Shown here in pieces: positions 11,454 through 25,800 of a stretch of 64,000 nucleotides of DNA (position 1 is the first letter of the stretch; each line of letters opens with the position of its first letter). The translations under genes were made by a program, and so were the position numbers. Below the pieces are notes generated by a model, which worked only from the letters and a program-made list of their open reading frames with translations, searched no databases and was not told the origin of the DNA. Source of the DNA: Syncephalis fuscata S228 (lineage: Eukaryota; Fungi; Zoopagomycota); the NCBI GenBank assembly GCA_025786725.1, contig JAHLTZ010000001.1, forward strand, positions 930,001-994,000, in the 5' to 3' direction.

Positions 11454-14004
11454 TTAGACAAATGGTTCTAAATTGAACTCCAATGCTGAACAAGGATAAG
11501 TAATTTCAAAGTTTTGTAATACTTTGGGATGTATTACACCCATAGTACCCACTGTCTTGACTACTTTGTCTTCAGTTCGTAGATAAATATTGGCACTTCG
11601 ACCAGGGAAATAAGTAGGATCTATACATTAATTACATAGATGCTATTAGTAATGGTCTATTAATGTGTATCGATATATACATACTTTCATGTTCAGCAAT
11701 GAAATAGCCTGATTTGACACCATTGGCAGCCACTAGTGGAATATCAAGCATATGCATGATTCGATTAAGTGCACCATGAATAATCTATTACGTATATATA
11801 TATAGATATAGATATAGATATAGATATAGATATAGAAAGAATTAATATCCACTTACCTCGAATCCACTTGTTTTATTGCTGTAGACCGCACAGACATGAC
11901 GTTCATTACGGGCACGTCGTTCTTCACGATCATCCTTTAATCCAACATCGGATACTTCAAAGATACGCAATGGCAATGGATGCTTTCTATTACTGCATAC
12001 CGTCTTTAATAGACCAGGTAACAATAGACTGCGTACTACCTATCACATTGTATACACAAATATGAATATTAAACTAAATAACCCAAATACACACTTACTT
12101 GATATTCGACAGTTTTTGGATTGGCCAATTTAATCGCTACTGTGCCATCATCCACTTGATTAAGGAAAGCGTAATTCTCATCATGTGAACACTAACAACA
12201 ACAGTATCAATATTATTATACAACTATCTATCTATCTATCTATCTAATTATGTACTTACTAGGATGAGTGGAAGTACTTCAGTCCAACTGGATAGTGCAA
12301 ATTCACGACGTATTTGATCACTAAGCTTATTGATAGGCAATGGAGCAGCAATAGTGTTGGTATTGGGGAAGATACGCTTAATCTTGTTATAACCATAGGC
12401 AACTGCTACATCTTCCATGATATCACAGGCATGTAGAATATCGCTACGAGTAGGTGGCACTTTAGTAGTAATAGTATGACCATCTGGTAACACAGCAGCA
12501 TTCAATCCCATACGCTGTAAGTAATTAACAATTTGTGATGATTCTAATTGTACGCCTACACAGCCATTGATATAATCAGTCTGAGCATCAATGACATATT
12601 CACTCAAATCAGGATAACGTAGAGTTTTGTTTTCAGGACTTGAATAAATAACATCAACTGGTTCAATACTATTAAATAGTTAAATGGTTATTAATAGAAT
12701 AGAGTAGTTATTATATTTAATTACCTCCATTGATCGGCACAGTATTCAGAAAAGGCTGTAACAATAGTGTTAAGTACAATACGGGCCTTGGTTAAATCAG
12801 TTGCTGTACATTCAATAAGTATATTCTTTGTTTCTGTCGTAATCTTTGAATGATTGCCATTAATAATAGGTGGCAATGAGAGAACTGTATTATTGGCATC
12901 ATATACCACTGGATAGACAGGAGAATCACGAATAATTGGTAGATATTTTGATAAATGGCGATCATTCTATACAGATATATAATATTCATATCATATTATA
13001 TTAATATATTAATATATTTATATATAATATAAATAATTACCTCGTAAAATGACATTAAAGTATTACCATCCATAGACACTTCTTGGTTAAGTGGAATAAA
13101 GTCAATGTCTTTTGGTGACTGAGCTTTATAGTAGAATGGACCCTTAATAGTATCAAAATCGTGTGTACCAATAGAAACAAGTGTACGTTTACTAATCATA
13201 TAACATTATATATTAACATATATATTAATATATTAATATATTAACATGTATAATAGTAAACTTACCGGCAAATGTTTTGATGTAATTTCTCTTGTAGATC
13301 AATAAAACTGTTGTAACGGAAAGAATTGAGTTCAACATTGCGTAGAATGGCTGCTACAACAAATGGACGCACTTGAGCCACCTTATGCAATGGTTATTAA
13401 CTACTTAATAAACAATATACACTATTCATTTAAGACTTACCTCTGGATCAACATAGAGTTTCTCTATAGGTCGACCAATAGTGACAGTTGGATCACTAAG
13501 ATGATATTGAGGTGGCTTCATCTTCTCTTGGAATATCAACAATGATTTGGCAATACCCTCCAAACAGAGTAAATCATATCTAATAGATTACATAATAGCG
13601 TTATTATAATATATGTATGTATATAGATATGTATATTATATACCGATTAGCAGAATATCAATCTTTAGAATAGAGCGATCGGATAGACCCTCGGCCTTTT
13701 CAGCGCCCTTTTCGCGCGTAGCCATTTCCTTCTCGGATGTCTATTTGATTACAAAAACCGTTACAACTATAAATAGATAGAGAGAGAGAGAGAGAAAGAA
13801 AAGTGCAATCAATAGCATAACTTACGTCTTCATCGAGCTCAATACCAAATTCAAAGCATAAGTCGCGAAACTCTTCGGTGGCTATAGATAGTAGAGTATA
13901 GATTAGTAGGTATTTTCTTTTTTTTATTTCTCTTTATAGTACTTACTATAGGAACGACCCAGTGCCTTGAATAGCTCCTCTTTATCAACGTTAACGGTCG
14001 GCAT
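11454..14004 (-). CDS. FRS1: Cytosolic phenylalanyl-tRNA synthetase beta subunit (multi-exon)
   Basis: [19 protein letters not shown]; [11 protein letters not shown]; [11 protein letters not shown]; [16 protein letters not shown]; [25 protein letters not shown]; ends EFNLEPFV*. Confidence 0.96.
11802..11836. repeat. (ATATAG)n hexanucleotide microsatellite in a FRS1 intron
   Basis: Tandem atatag units. Confidence 0.8.
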
Positions 14005-14293
14005 GATGGCGGTTCGTGTACGTAGTAGTAATGTACCAACAGTAACGATAATAACAAGACACGGAAGAAAAAACAAAAGGAATCCGATCAAGAAAGAAAA
14101 AACTGAGATAGAAAGTGGGTGCCAATCTATTAATATATTTCTATGATTGATGATGATGATGATGATACCACTAATCATATAAATATTAATCATCTCTTTC
14201 TAATTGATTAGAGATGATCTATAATTTACATTAGAAACTATTAGGTTTTATTGATAGTATAGAATAATAGGTAAACAGTACTATCTAGTATGA

Positions 14294-14575
14294 TGACTGA
14301 CGTCAGAATGTATCATAGCTGCATAAGGCGCGTTTTACCCGTCTATTGAATGGTCCATCTATGGATTCAAGTCAATGGTGTATCTATTGTTGTGTGGGTG
14401 AATGCATGCATCTATATCCACCATCCTTTACAGTAACAATTACTGTGTCCCCTTTTGCAATGTGTGTGTGTGTTACCAACACTTGTGCATATAAAGTGAA
14501 TTTTCTCACGTTTTCTATGTCTCATTGTCTATCAGTGCATACACCAGATGGGGATACAGACAACCAGTATAAATA
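14294..14575. promoter_or_regulatory. Divergent FRS1/CAR2 promoter: CRE-like TGACGTCA and TATA box (TATAAATA ~14568)
   Basis: tgactgacgtcaga near 14294; tataaata followed by a pyrimidine-rich leader before the OAT ATG. Confidence 0.35.
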
Positions 14576-14805
14576 CGTCGATGGTACAGCGGTTTATCGT
14601 CGTTGTCGTCATCATCGCTTCCTTCTTCGTATTCTTCTCTACTGTTCCATCTGCTTCTTTTTTACCACTGTTTGCACATCGACTACTAGTCTATTTGCAA
14701 GGATTATCTACTTAGTAACACCACTATTGTTCAAGTTGCCAGTCTACCTTAACTGCTACCCCTCATAGTGTTTACTATTCAAGCATTGTATACTTATACT
14801 TCAAC

Positions 14806-16755
14806 ATGGCTTCTACTCTTAATAGCGATACGCTTATTCATATGGAGGCAGAATATGCCGCCCACAAGTGAGTAATGCAAGCGTTATACTGACTATAACC
14901 AACAACCACCACTGTTGTGTACTAATAACACGTCCACTACTAGCTATCACCCAATGCCTGTGGTATTTGAAAAGGCTCAAGGTGTTCACGTATGGGATCC
15001 AGAGGGCAAAAAGTACTTGGACTTTTTATCAGCTTACTCGGCGTCAATCAAGGTAACCATGCTATAATTCGACTAAATGCTTTTTATAATAAATGTTAAC
15101 ACTGGAATATGTAACTATGATTGTCATCATTAGGCCATTCACATCCCAAGATTATTAAGGCTTTAACAGATCAAGCAAGCAAGTTGTGTCTAAGTTCCCG
15201 TGCCTTTTACAACAACATGTTGCCTCAATATGCCAAATTCATTACCGAGGTAGGCATTTGTAGTTTATTGCTGCGTTACTAAGACTACAATAATGATGCA
15301 ATTTAGTATTTTGGCTTTGATATGATGTTGCCTACAAACACTGGCGCTGAAGCTGTAGAGACAGCAATTAAGATGTCTCGCAAATGGGGCTATTCCAAGG
15401 TAGGTTGCTATTGATTAGTTGTCTGCAATTAATATATACTTACTATATATATACTATATAATAGAAAGGTATTCCTGAGAATGAAGCAATTGTTATTGCC
15501 TGTGAGGGCAACTTCCATGGTCGTACACTTGGTGTAGTGTCAATGTCGAGTGATCCCGAAGCACGTAAACACTTTGGACCTTTCCTTCCTTTGGTCACTA
15601 GTTGCTGCCCACAAACTGGTAAGGATTGAATTGGTCGTTATTGCAATTGTAGCTTATATTCATCACCATAATGGTCCTTTATTTATTGATTATAGGCAAA
15701 GCAATTCGTTATAATAACATTCCAGATATTGAAGCGGTATTTGAAGCTCATGGTCACAAAATGGCTGCATTCTTGGCAGAGCCCATCCAAGGAGAAGCAG
15801 GGTAAGTAGCTATATTAATATAGCTAATTATTAGTTACTTGGCATCTAATATGGCTTGGTGTTGCTGTTTCTTATGTTTAGTATTGTTGTACCAGATGAT
15901 GCTTTCCTTCGTCGTGCTTATGAACTTTGTCAAAAGCATAATGTTCTGTTTATTGCAGACGAGATCCAAACGGGTATTGGCCGTACTGGCAAATTGCTAG
16001 CTATTAACCATGTTGGCATCAAACCTGATATTGTTACCCTGGGCAAGGCACTTAGTGGTGGTGTCTATCCCGTAAGCGCGGTTCTTTCGAGTAAAGAAAT
16101 CATGCTATGCATTGAGCCTGGTAAGTAGTGGCTGATGGATATAGATCTATAGTATAATATACTTATTGTATCTACAGGTTCTCACGGCAGTACATTTGGT
16201 GGTAATCCACTTGCTTGTGCTGTGGGCATTGCTGCTTTGAATGTCATTAAAGATGAGAAATTGACTGAAAATGTACGTATTGCTAATAGATAAACACTAT
16301 ATATATAGTGAATACTAATTAGCATTTAATTGATACTAGGCTGCACAACAAGGTGAATTATTGCGTCAATTATTACGTGATATCAAACATCCATTGGTTA
16401 AAGAAAGTAGGTTTATAAGTATATATATATATAATTGTGTATATAATTATATTAACCATTTATCATTACTCTATTGACTATAATGATGACAGTTCGTGGT
16501 CGTGGTCTATTGAACGCCATTGTTGTTGACGAAAAACTGATGCCCGGCAAGACGGCATGGCATCTGTGTCTATTAATGAAGGAGAACGGCCTGTTGGCCA
16601 AACCTACTCACGACACGATCATTCGACTCGCTCCACCTCTATGTGTTAATGAGGAACAAATTCGTGAAGCTGTCGAGATATTCAAGAAAAGTATTAGCGA
16701 TTTGGAGGCAGTAGTTGATGTGAAGACTATTCCAGGCATGGAATATGAACACTGA
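14806..16755 (+). CDS. CAR2: Ornithine aminotransferase (class III PLP aminotransferase; ~10 exons)
   Basis: [12 protein letters not shown]..., [83 protein letters not shown]; one 1-nt deletion near 15041. Confidence 0.96.
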
Positions 16756-17584
16756 TTAATAAATGGCCATATTAACACTCTCTCAGTCTTTGATAATGAA
16801 AGAATAGACTATTACATTTAGTGTTGCTGTATAGGCAAACAAAAAGATAAAATAGGCCTTAACAAGCTACTTTATTAAACAGAGTCTACTATGCACACTA
16901 TATACTATGTATTTTAGTGCTAATACGTTGTTTGTTATTGTCGTCTCAAAGTATCTAATAACGAGATATGTTTATTATTAGAACTGGATAGCAAAGGCTG
17001 AGTATAAATAAATCGATATGTAAATAATGCACATCGGTAATCTAATGTTTAAAATGTGCCCTTTAATAGCTGTATATAATAGCCAATAGTTGTATACTAT
17101 GGTTATGAGAACCATATTTGGTAATACCAATTATCTGGTTCTTTTATTTAATATTAATAGCTGTACTACTTGTTACTTTGCTTTATGTTTCGCATTTATT
17201 AAATCTATTTTACTGAACAATAAATAAACTATAGATCATACATGGCTGCCATAATAAACGGGATTGTCGGCCATCAATTAGTATACACGACTTCTATATT
17301 AGTTTACTATCGCGCCATAAATTGGTAATCACTGTTTCAGCACGTTTTCCCCCTCATACCACAAATAACAAAAGTAGCCTTAACGGTTGCATGTGATGCC
17401 TATCACGTTTCAGTTGTCTTCAATATAAGAAGCGGTGTCTGTTCACAGCGATCGTTTTAGCGTGTAAATGTCACATCATCGCGTGGATGATGAGCTGTTT
17501 TGGGAACACGGACTTGCGTAAAACAGCTAATAATTTATTTGTTTGCATATTAAAGCACGTTATACTTTTGTATTTGTACGTTGT

Positions 17585-17608
17585 TGTCGTCGTCGTCGTC
17601 GTCGTCGT
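17585..17608. repeat. (GTC)n microsatellite in upstream/leader region
   Basis: tgtcgtcgtcgtcgtcgtcgtcgtc. Confidence 0.8.
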
Positions 17609-17867
17609 CTCCTTCCTTCCTCTCTAGCGTGCGCTCTTTTTCTTTCGTTCTCTTGTTCTCTCGTTCTTGCTTATTTATGTTTACGGTTTCTTTTGTTATT
17701 TTAGCCGTTTTTTCTATTGCTTAGAGGTAATATATCAATACTGTACGCTCCGTACTGTTGTCAGGCATATTGCTAGTTTTGTTTGAGACTGGGTGGTTTA
17801 TTTGAACGGTGGAATTCAACACTGGCGGTTGTTTCTTTTCTCCACCACCTTCACTATAGCTCTCTCT

Positions 17868-19329
17868 ATGACTAGACTTTCTTCATGGCATGCGGCCGCA
17901 GGCGGTCGTCGAGCGACAACTAACAACCTTAACTCGCAACCGCGTCCCACTTCATGGGCCTGGTGGCAGCAACGAGAAACGGTAAGCTAATGAACGCGAT
18001 TATTGTTATCCACATCAATTGATTAATAGTAATTATTTATTAGCCGCAATCAAACTGGTTACGCACATTGTGGGGTACTGCGCTAGCACTTGATCTTATT
18101 ATGGTAGTGATGCAGGCCACCGTAATTGGCGTCATATGCAGTGACGATCACAATGCTACACTTACGACTTCAGTACCGCTTGTACAACATACAATGCATC
18201 TGGCAATGTCTATTTATAATTTTATACTGCTATGGGATGCACTGCATCGACGAAATCTCCCACAACTCATTGGGGCAATCGCTATGCACTTCTCAAGTGC
18301 CATCTACGCTATACTACAAGCCACACTTGATGCAACACTGAACTCAGAATTCACTTCGGATAATCTGCATGTACATCGCTCTTTACATGCTATCAAAGTA
18401 ATTGATGCCATTATTGCATTAGCCGGTGCGGTTGTATTGGCATCACTTGTTCGAAAAGCTCGTGGTGATTTTGGCTGGCGAGTATTTAAACATCTAGGCG
18501 CAGATCCTAGACTAAAGCGTAAGTAATGTGCTATGTAGTAATATTAGTTTATTTATTTATTATTGTGTTATTAGGTGTCTATGCTATTCATCACTCATTG
18601 CTTGCAGCTATAAAAATCAACTTATTTTATTTTATTATTTATTTACTTCAGTATGGCTTACTTTCTGAAATAAGTGCAAAATCGCCAACAAAAGGCAGTT
18701 GGATCGAGTATGATTCTGATTCGAATTTAATCTCTATTGCAATATCAGTCGGTGCGGGTATTCCTCTTTCTGTGCTTAATGCTGGCCTAGTGATACTTGC
18801 CGTAGTAGTTATTGGTGTATATACTTGTATTTAGTGTATTAATATAATTAAATAGATTCAACGAGAAAATCGTGGGCTATTATCTGTTTTTATCTTTACA
18901 CTTATGCTTGGCAGTGGCTTTCTTTTGTATCACATTACAATGGCTAGTACACAGGCAATTCAGTTTGGTTATGATACATCCGAGGGATTTATTATTTCAT
19001 TAGTAACAGGTTAGTAATATTTATAAATTGATAAATAAATTATATCTAATCGACATTTGATCTGTTTATATTAGCTACTTTATCTTTTCTTTGGATTACT
19101 ATTACGGCTATCTGTGCTTTCTCTATATTCCCGTACTTTGGTTCAGGGATTTATCGACATGGTAAATAACTAGCTAGCAATTAAGTGCTAAATACTAACG
19201 AATAGCTGTATAGTTCGTCGCAGTGAAATCCCCAAAGAGATTATGCCCGGTGCGGCAGGCTACCAAAACACTAGAGAAACAATCTATGAGAATGCCACGG
19301 GAGCCATTTCAAGATGGTCAATAGAGTAA
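17868..19329 (+). CDS. Multi-pass membrane protein, UPF0658 (fungal Golgi membrane protein)-like; 6 exons
   Basis: Several hydrophobic helices; motifs LWDALHRRNLPQLIG, DFGWRVFKHLGAD, IQREN, YFGSG; clean GT-AG introns; ends SRWSIE*. Confidence 0.75.
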
Positions 19330-19589
19330 TTTATTTGTTTTATTATATGCATTATAGTTACGTTAGTTAAATTATTACTGTTTTAATTTCATTTGCTTTC
19401 TAAGCTTCTTATGACACATAAGTGATGATTAAAAATATTAAAGCATTCAAATAAAAATACACGATGTTTCATTAAACTTTGTTATTATGTTATATTAATA
19501 GAATAGAATGGGCAATTATCCATGAATGGCTTCATTATTGGCATATTAACATTTAGTATTATTAATATCAATACTCTATCTACAATTTA

Positions 19590-20990
19590 TTAGAGCTTTG
19601 CTGCTGGTTTTCGGTACTTTTCCAACAATGGCTCCAATTCTTTGGGCAAGTCGATATCCAAATCGGATGGATAGCCAATGTATGCCGCTGTACTTGGCTC
19701 TTGACTGAATAACGCATCATCCGTGCCTTGATTATAATAAGCTAGTCAGTAACTATAAAAGCCACCTATTAATTAGTACTTGCCTTTTGCTAGGGAACTA
19801 CCCCATCAACGGCCATTTCTATACCGTTAATATAGGCTGCTGCTGGTGATACGAGAAAAGTAACAGCAGCGGCTATTTCACTTTCTGTTCCCATACGACC
19901 TGTTGGATTCTAATCGACCAGTAAATACAAATACTCGCTTTACTCTATGTACTGCTTACCTTCCAGGCTACATCTGAGAATATACGCTGCAATACACCAC
20001 TTGGATAGTTATTCATACCATTACCAATGATAGAGCCAGGTGCTAAACTATTAATACGCACACCGGATGGACCCCATTCAATGGCCAATGTTTTTACTAA
20101 ATTGCTCACTAATTCACGACTGGTTATCAGTCGATTGCCATATTAATGGTCGGCTATTTAGTAGTTACCGCCAGCTCTAGCTGCTCCTGAATGTGCCATA
20201 AATGGCATTCTGTAGGTTTAGTCATTAGTGGCTTAATAGTTGCTTGTAAATGGTCTGCACGTACCCATTACGACAATCCGCTGTCACGCAGACAATATTA
20301 CCGCCGTGATCTTTCATCCAAGCATCGTATACGGATCGACACATATGCCAGGTACCGTTTAAGTTAAGATCGATAACACTGTTCCAACCATTTTTTGAAA
20401 TGGCTGCGGCCGGTCCGTAAAACTGGCCTCCTGCGCTATTCTAATGCAGAAATGGATGTAATGATTTATGCTATTATTATGACACCTTTATCTGCCAGTC
20501 AATACTTACGACAAGTATATCGATGCGATGATACTGCTGTACCACCTTTTGAACACCTTGAGCAGCACTTTCCATATCTCGAATGTTAATAGCAACATAA
20601 TCAGCCTATATTAAATTAGTACTTATTATTGTGGTAATTACTTATTTAACTTGCTTTGCCATTGCGTGCTTTAATTTCATTGACAACTCGTTTTAACGCG
20701 TCCACTTTACGGCCAGCTACAATGACCGTGGCATTTAAGCTGTGTATTACAGAAATGTATAAGTACTATTAGTGTAGCTAGTTCACCAACCAATTACCTT
20801 GCTAGCTCATGAGCAACACAGCGTCCAATACCTAAGAAATAGTTGTTTATTAAAGTATATACATATAGGTTAGGTTAAACGTATTTCTAGAACAACAAGC
20901 GCCGTTACCCGTTCCGCCTCCGGTTATCAAGGCTACCTTGCCTTCAAATAGACCAGGAGCAAAAATACTTTTATATGATGAGGTCGACAT
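19590..20990 (-). CDS. Peroxisomal short-chain dehydrogenase/reductase, trans-2-enoyl-CoA reductase (PECR)-like
   Basis: MSTSSYKSIFAPGLFEGKVALITGGGTG/IGR, NSAGGQF, GWNSVIDLNLNGTW, AHSGAARAG, LAIEWGPSGVRINSLAPG; C-terminal PTS1 -AKL*. Confidence 0.9.
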
Positions 20991-21188
20991 TGTTATTCAA
21001 GTTAATAAAAAGGAAAGACTGAATTATTGTGGGGAATCTGACATGGCTATATATGTACATTTATATAAATACGTGTTCATTCGGTACTTTATAATGCCGA
21101 TTGAACTATGGTTATTGCAGCACAGTATCAGTTTATTTTGTGAATTTATTTAACTGGATTTGAGTCATCACCATCGTGCTATGTGACG

Positions 21189-22060
21189 TTAACGACGACG
21201 CCATACCACAAGCCGTTCTCTGCCTGCTCGTCCTGGAACAGAAGGCGGATTAGTGTCTTCAAATACCACATCAAAATTGGCGCCCAATTGATGATGGTAG
21301 ACCTCAGTGGACAACTTGAATGGTGGACCAGTTGTTAGCGATTCGTCCAATGGAAACATCAATGTTATTAATAAGCCACCAGGACGGATGACTTGAGCCA
21401 TACGGCGACCCCAATCATCTCGTTGTTCCGGTTGAATGGCACATAAAAAGCTATTTATATAGCAATTGATTAGCCATAGTACTCGTGCGTAGTAGTGCTA
21501 TACTAACGTGTAATCAAATAGCAAATCGTATGGTTCTCCTATAGAGTCGGTGAAAAAATCGGCCAAAATAAAGTTTGCATCGATATTTGTTTCTTGTGCA
21601 TGCTATATACAGTTGATTATTTAGTGCTATGATAATAAACGAGTGAATTAAAACTACCTTGCGACATGCCTCCAATGCAGTTGAGCTGATTTCTGCACCA
21701 GTAGTTTGGTAACCATGCTTAGTTAGATAAAGCACATCATACCCCTACAGAGAGAGAGAGAGATGTGATTTGCGTTAATGATAAATGGACAGCCGTGTTA
21801 AGTCATCTACTTCTCCACATCCTGGCACAAGCGCCTTTTTGTTATTTCCTGGTGCTAATCCAGGCACTTTATCAGCATGCTTTTCAAACAGCGCTACAAG
21901 AGGTGGTGAAGGCTCGTTCATATTCCATGGAGTTGCACCTTCCTGCCACAACTTTTCCCACCCTACAATGCATATGGTAAATACAATGAGCACTAGCAAG
22001 TTATTGGTGGCAATACTGACCTCCTTTTTGTTTAGCTATGCCTTGTATATGAGCGTTCAT
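21189..22060 (-). CDS. SAM-dependent thiol/halide methyltransferase (TPMT/HOL family); 5 exons
   Basis: GWEKLWQEGATPW, ALVPGCGE/GYD, LADFF, FDYT/FLCAI, RDDWGRRM..IRPGGLLITLMFPL, GPPF, RAGRERL. Confidence 0.92.
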
Positions 22061-22875
22061 ACCTATTATCTGAACAAGAAAGAATTTGCAGTAGCTTGGA
22101 TGAACAAAAAATGCAAGTTTATTTATATTCTATGGATTAGGATTTATGCAATGAAACAGGTCTGTTTTGCATTGATTTTAAAAATAACGTAGTTTTGCTT
22201 CCTTTTCTATCTAATGCTTACTCATCAGGTTCATTGTTACCAGTCTGTTTTTATTTTTATTTGGATATTCAGTGATCATTGATTAAAGTTCCTTATTGAT
22301 TAATAAGCTTCATACATAAAAAATGTAAATATAGAATAGATATGCATGGCAATCTGTTAGATCAAAGTATTATACAAAAATAAAAACATGTGTGATACTT
22401 TTGATTATTTTAGTGTCTTGGTATAGGGTCGATTGTTATGGTAAAACATCCAATATGACATGTTTTATTCTCCAGCTTTTATAATGCCAATTTCAATTCA
22501 ATGGTTCCGCTAAATAGGCCAGCTGATTAAATAATTATGTCTATGTTATTTGATTAGCTTAACAGTTGTATTGCCATTAAATAAGCTATCAACGAGGGCC
22601 ATTGTAACGCTGTTTTGTTTTTTAAATAAATTCCGGTTTAGATTTAAATGGTGTAACCATGATGACGTGTATAGCTGGAACGACATGGCACACTTGAGTG
22701 GTTAGCCATGTATACGTGTCTATCATTCTTTACTCGAATTTCGCGTAACCATATCTGCTTTTTTCTTTTTTCTTTAAGCTGTCGTATTTATAACGTATGA
22801 AAACGTACCTGTAAAAATGCAAGTAACCAATAATACAAATAGAATAAATTAATAGCCGATATTTTGCTATTACAG

Positions 22876-25800
22876 GTTTAATTACGATATTATCCCAGCT
22901 TCTGTATTGGGATTATCAATATGCCTACTAGTATTACGCTGGTGTAGTTTCAGTAATGATGAACAATCCTATGGTTATTATTTACTATTAACTAAAGCAA
23001 GAAATGAGTATCAAATAATTGACGATGATGATGGATGACCGATGACAATGAAGAGGAGAAAGATTTGAATGATCACATCGCCAACACAGATTTTGATTCA
23101 TCAAGTCATCCGCTTGAATTAAATAGAATAAGCGTTCTGTTTGACCGATCATTAGCAGTGCACAAACAAGTGAAGGATTATCATAGAAAAACAAGCATGC
23201 TTAAGCTTATAGGCTGTAGTGTTGCACTTTTTGCCATTTTATATCATATCTCGCTTATCCTCTGTTTTCACAAGTCATTTCATATGAGTGATTTACCGCT
23301 ATTTTCATTATTAATCTGGGTGAGTTGAATTATTCAAACATTACATGTTATAATATTAATAACAACAACTCATATTAATTATAGGCTTATGCTACAGCAT
23401 TGTCTATTTTTGATGTAAGCTATCCACGAAGATCTGCTCAACCATATTTCGTAACCGCCCATCAAGTGGTGATTATTATTTTCAGCTCTATATGGGTCTT
23501 TATCGATATTATCCAACATCTTGCTATAATTCAATCAAATCTTAGAACCAGCGCACTATATGTGCTCTTATCACAACTTTTGGTGCTTTTATATCATTTA
23601 TTGGTGCATTAAATACAAGAAATTTTGCTAAAGAGGCTGAAAATGGTCGGCTGGAATCATTGCACACTGGTGCTTCAATACTCGGGCGGCTAACCTTCGA
23701 CTGGGTGAAGCCATTATTGACCGTAGGTGCTAAGCATACGCTAGAAGATATCGATATGTGGGAGCTTCCTTTGGGAAACCAAACCAATGATGCACAAAAA
23801 GCATATTTACGACACAAGTAAGTGATTGTATAAAATGAATGAATTAAACAGTGTTAACTATTTATTGTTGCATTTAGACAATATTCAGTATTACGTGGCA
23901 TTGTAAATACCTATCGAAAAGACTCGGTAGTACTTGTTATCTTATCACTTATGTGGGGCTGCGCCGTATATATGTCTCCCATATCTCTTTCTATTCTGCT
24001 TGGTTATTTAGAAAAGACAGATAGCTATTCTTATTTTGAACTTTGGGTCTGTGTAATTGGTATGACTGCAGGACCAATTATTAGTAGTTTTGTTTTTCAA
24101 CAAGCCATGTTTCTAAGTGGACAATTAGCGATGCGTGCAAGAGCCATTATATCACAGGAAATTGTTCAAAAATGCTTAACACGTCAACAGCCTTTATTTG
24201 AGCAAGATAATTGCGAAAAATCTACCTCAAACTCTCAATTGATTCTTCACAAACTGGTTGGACTAATGGTGCTGTTATAACACTGATTAATGTAGATGCC
24301 CAAGCTGTTGGCGATTTTTTCATTTATATTCCTTTTTGCCTTGGTGAAGGCTTGCAGATTATTAATGCATTTGCGCTGCTAGGGCTGCTACTTGGCTGGT
24401 CGGCTGCTGTAGGCGGTTTGTTTTTGTTTTTGATCACTATTTTACTACAATATCTAGCCGTGCTACTCGAACTGTAATTGATGAAATGATGGTCGCCACA
24501 GATCGGCGTATATCAATAATTAGCGAGGTAAACAGGATGATCACTTATTTAATCGATGATTACTAAAACTATAAATTAGGTATTGCAATCAATACGTATT
24601 ATTAAATTCTTTGCCTGGGAGCCGCAAATGACTGAGCGTATTGAGCAAGCACGCGAGAATGAACTAAGCATACTTTGGCGCCGTCTTATTCTATTTATCT
24701 GTACAATCGTTAATATTATTGGTGGGCCGGTCATTGTCTTTTGTGCATCTCTCGGCGCTTACTCTGTCGTGTTCGGCCATATCCTAACACCTCAAGTGGT
24801 GTTCACCTCTATTGCCTTATTTGAGATACTTAAAGAGGCATCCATTGCTATACCGTCGGTCATCTTTCGCTTTGCACAATGTCATGTAAGCCGTATTCGA
24901 ATTGCCGAGTTTCTCTCGCAGCCCGATGCCATGAGTCTTCATATCAGCGACTATTCCGACACGCCAGAAAGCACTGAGCGTATTGGATTTGCAAATTGCA
25001 CTTTTAGTTGGACAGCCATTGAAGAATCACTGAATTTTAATCATGACTATAGTCAAGCACCTAGCCATAACTTTGCATTATCTAATTTGCATTTTGATTT
25101 TGTTATTGGACATCTTAATTTGGTAGTTGGACCCACTGGATGTGGTAAAACATCATTGCTTATAGGACTGCTTGGTGGTAAGTAACATTTGTATTTAGAT
25201 TTGCAGATTATTTTATTTTATTTTATTGTGTAAATCATAATAATTAGAAATGCCATGTGTCAAGGGAAAGGCATTTTTGCCACGAAAGCGCAATAGTTTT
25301 GCTAAGAAGGGCCGTCCAAGCAGAAGTGATATTGCCTATGTGGCACAGCAGTCATGGCTGCGAAATGTATCCATTCGAGACAATATCTTATTTGGACAAC
25401 CTTACAATGCTGAGCGCTACAGTGAAGTAATTAGAGCATGTGCATTGGAGCGTGATCTAGAAATATTAGATGCTGGTGACCGAACACACATTGGTGAGAA
25501 AGGAATTACACTGTCTGGCGGCCAAAAGCAGCGAGTATCACTGGCACGTGCCATCTACAGCCCAGCTCGGCATATTCTTCTCGATGATTGTCTTTCTGCG
25601 GTGGATTCACATACTGCACAATTTATTGTCAAAGAATGTATTCTTGGCCCAATTATGCGTAGTCGGACGTGTATTCTCATTACACACCACGTTAATTTAT
25701 GTGCTGAACACGCGGCATTTGCCGTATTGATGGAACACGGAGGCATCAAAGCCGTTGGTAATCCAACCGAGGTACTTTCTGATTTACTTACCACGAGCAC

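Noticed and set aside
14346-14768. 140-aa ORF as an arginine-responsive uORF of OAT
   Set aside because: Begins upstream of the probable TATA box; no similarity to known attenuator peptides recognised
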